Assembly: GCA_963781585.1 (NCBI GenBank)
Contig: CAWAGQ010000002.1
Location: 160,001 to 224,000 of the forward strand
Reading direction: 5' to 3'
Source: an uncultured Gemmatimonadaceae bacterium
GTDB taxonomy: Bacteria > Gemmatimonadota > Gemmatimonadetes > Gemmatimonadales > Gemmatimonadaceae
Length of the DNA stretch: 64,000 nucleotides
Part shown: positions 62,683-64,000 of the stretch, piece after piece
How the letters are laid out: the number at the start of each line of letters is the position of its first letter
Position numbering within the stretch: position 1 is the stretch's first letter
Made by a program: the position numbers and the translations under genes
The notes under the pieces: generated by a model
Told to the model about the DNA's origin: nothing
The model's input: the letters and a program-made list of their open reading frames with translations, nothing else
The model's database searches: none

Positions 62683-64000
62683 ATGCGCCGCGCCGTCGTG
62701 ATGCTGGCGGCCTGGTCCGCGATGGCAGCCGGAGGGGCGCTGCGGGTGGATGCACAAACGCGCCGCGTGCTGCTGATCGGGATCAACAAGTATCACTACA
62801 GCAGTGCGGTGACAGACGCGTGGCGCGCCCGCCTGCCGCCCGAGGCGGTGGCCACCACCCGCGGCCCCGACACCACGCGCCGCGCCGACATGCCCGATCT
62901 CGACGGCGCGGTGAGTGATGCACGCGCCATGGAGCAGCTGCTCCTGACCCGGTTCGCGTTCCTGCCCGCCAACGTACGGCACCTCTACAACGAACAGGCC
63001 ACGCGCTCGGGAATCCTCGACGCCGTCCGCCAGCTCATTCGCGAGTCGCAGCCGGGCGACGTGGTGGTATTCTACTATGCCGGCCACGGCTCGCAGCGCT
63101 ACAACTCGCTCGCGCCCGCGTCGGCATCGATCAACAGGTTCGACCAGACGATCGTCCCCGCCGACGCGAACCTCGGCCAGTACGACGTCCGCAACACCGA
63201 GCTCACCGCGCTCTTCGACGAGCTGCTCGCGAAGGGGGTGCAGGTCACGCTCATCTTCGACAGCTGCAACAGCGGATCTGCTGTTCGCGGCCTGGTGCCC
63301 CTCAAGGTGCGCTTCGCGCCGTTCGACCTCCGGGATGCGCGCGATCCCGCCGATCCGGAGTCGCTCACACGGCCGGGCCGCCGCAATCCGGCGCTGGTCC
63401 TCGCCGCCGCGCAGGAGAGCGAATTCGCCTGGGAGGATCCAGGCACCGGGCACGGGGCCTTCACCGCGGCCCTGCTTCGCGTGCTCCAGAGTGCGGCCAC
63501 GTCGGTGAATGCGCCGGCGCAGGAGATCTTCCGCCAGGTCGAAGCGCTCCTGCGGTGGAACAGCGTTCCGCAGGTACCGGTTCTCAAGGGAACCGACGCC
63601 GACGCGGGGCGGCCGCTGTTTGGCGCGGAGAAGGGCGCTGGTGCCGGGCGACTCCTCCTCACGCTCCAGGGCATTACCGGTCCGCAGCAGGATACGGCGA
63701 TTCTCGACGGCGGTGCGGCAATGGGCATCGGCGAGGGCAGCGAGCTGCGTGCGGTCGGCGTGGGGCCGGAGACGCTCCGCCTGCGCGTGGTCGGCGGGTC
63801 CGACCTGAGCACGAGCCGTGCAGTGGCGATCGCCGGCACACTCCGCCCCACTCCGGGCGCGGCATTCGTCGTCGAGAAATGGGTGCTCCCTGCCGAGGCG
63901 AACCTGCAGGCGTGGGTTCCGGCGGCGATCGACGAGCGCGCGCTCGCGGCGGCCGCGAGACAGCTGGCGGGATTGCGCAGCGCGGGGAGCGTGGAGTGGG
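62683..64000 (+). CDS. Exported caspase-family (C14) protease, runs off right edge
   Basis: Manual translation: signal peptide, RRVLLIGINKY, LDGAVSD, FYYAGHGSQ, IFDSCNSG, HGAFT. Confidence 0.9.
   Translation, partial: MRRAVVMLAAWSAMAAGGALRVDAQTRRVLLIGINKYHYSSAVTDAWRARLPPEAVATTRGPDTTRRADMPDLDGAVSDARAMEQLLLTRFAFLPANVRHLYNEQATRSGILDAVRQLIRESQPGDVVVFYYAGHGSQRYNSLAPASASINRFDQTIVPADANLGQYDVRNTELTALFDELLAKGVQVTLIFDSCNSGSAVRGLVPLKVRFAPFDLRDARDPADPESLTRPGRRNPALVLAAAQESEFAWEDPGTGHGAFTAALLRVLQSAATSVNAPAQEIFRQVEALLRWNSVPQVPVLKGTDADAGRPLFGAEKGAGAGRLLLTLQGITGPQQDTAILDGGAAMGIGEGSELRAVGVGPETLRLRVVGGSDLSTSRAVAIAGTLRPTPGAAFVVEKWVLPAEANLQAWVPAAIDERALAAAARQLAGLRSAGSVEW

Noticed and set aside
62662..63851. Minus-strand ORFs at the right end
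   Set aside because: Antisense shadows of the plus-strand caspase gene

Overview
High-GC (roughly 70% by eye) bacterial chromosomal window. Gene content and style resemble Gemmatimonadota; this is inference, as no rRNA is present. It holds about 55 CDS. These include the N-terminus of a type IIG/Eco57I-like DNA methyltransferase running off the left edge, a DUF4956-CotH kinase pair, an mntH-USP-DtxR/MntR operon with a DtxR-type operator, two SPFH loci, mgtE, RNase Z, a TPP riboswitch ahead of a TonB-dependent receptor, a NiCoT-type transporter and several peptidases. tRNA-Ala(CGC) and tRNA-Gln(CTG) are also present. The right end carries a cluster of two signal-peptide-bearing caspase-like (C14) proteases, an output-less CHASE2 membrane protein and small exported proteins. 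Non-coding signals: an over-represented octamer CGTTAGGC, two families of intergenic heptamer tandem repeats, REP/MITE-like GGGTC(A/T)GAC palindromes, an unassigned structured RNA behind tRNA-Ala, an internally replaced copy of tRNA-Gln and three gene remnants. Six genes are split by about nine frameshifts, probably long-read indels. No integrase, transposase or CRISPR array was seen.
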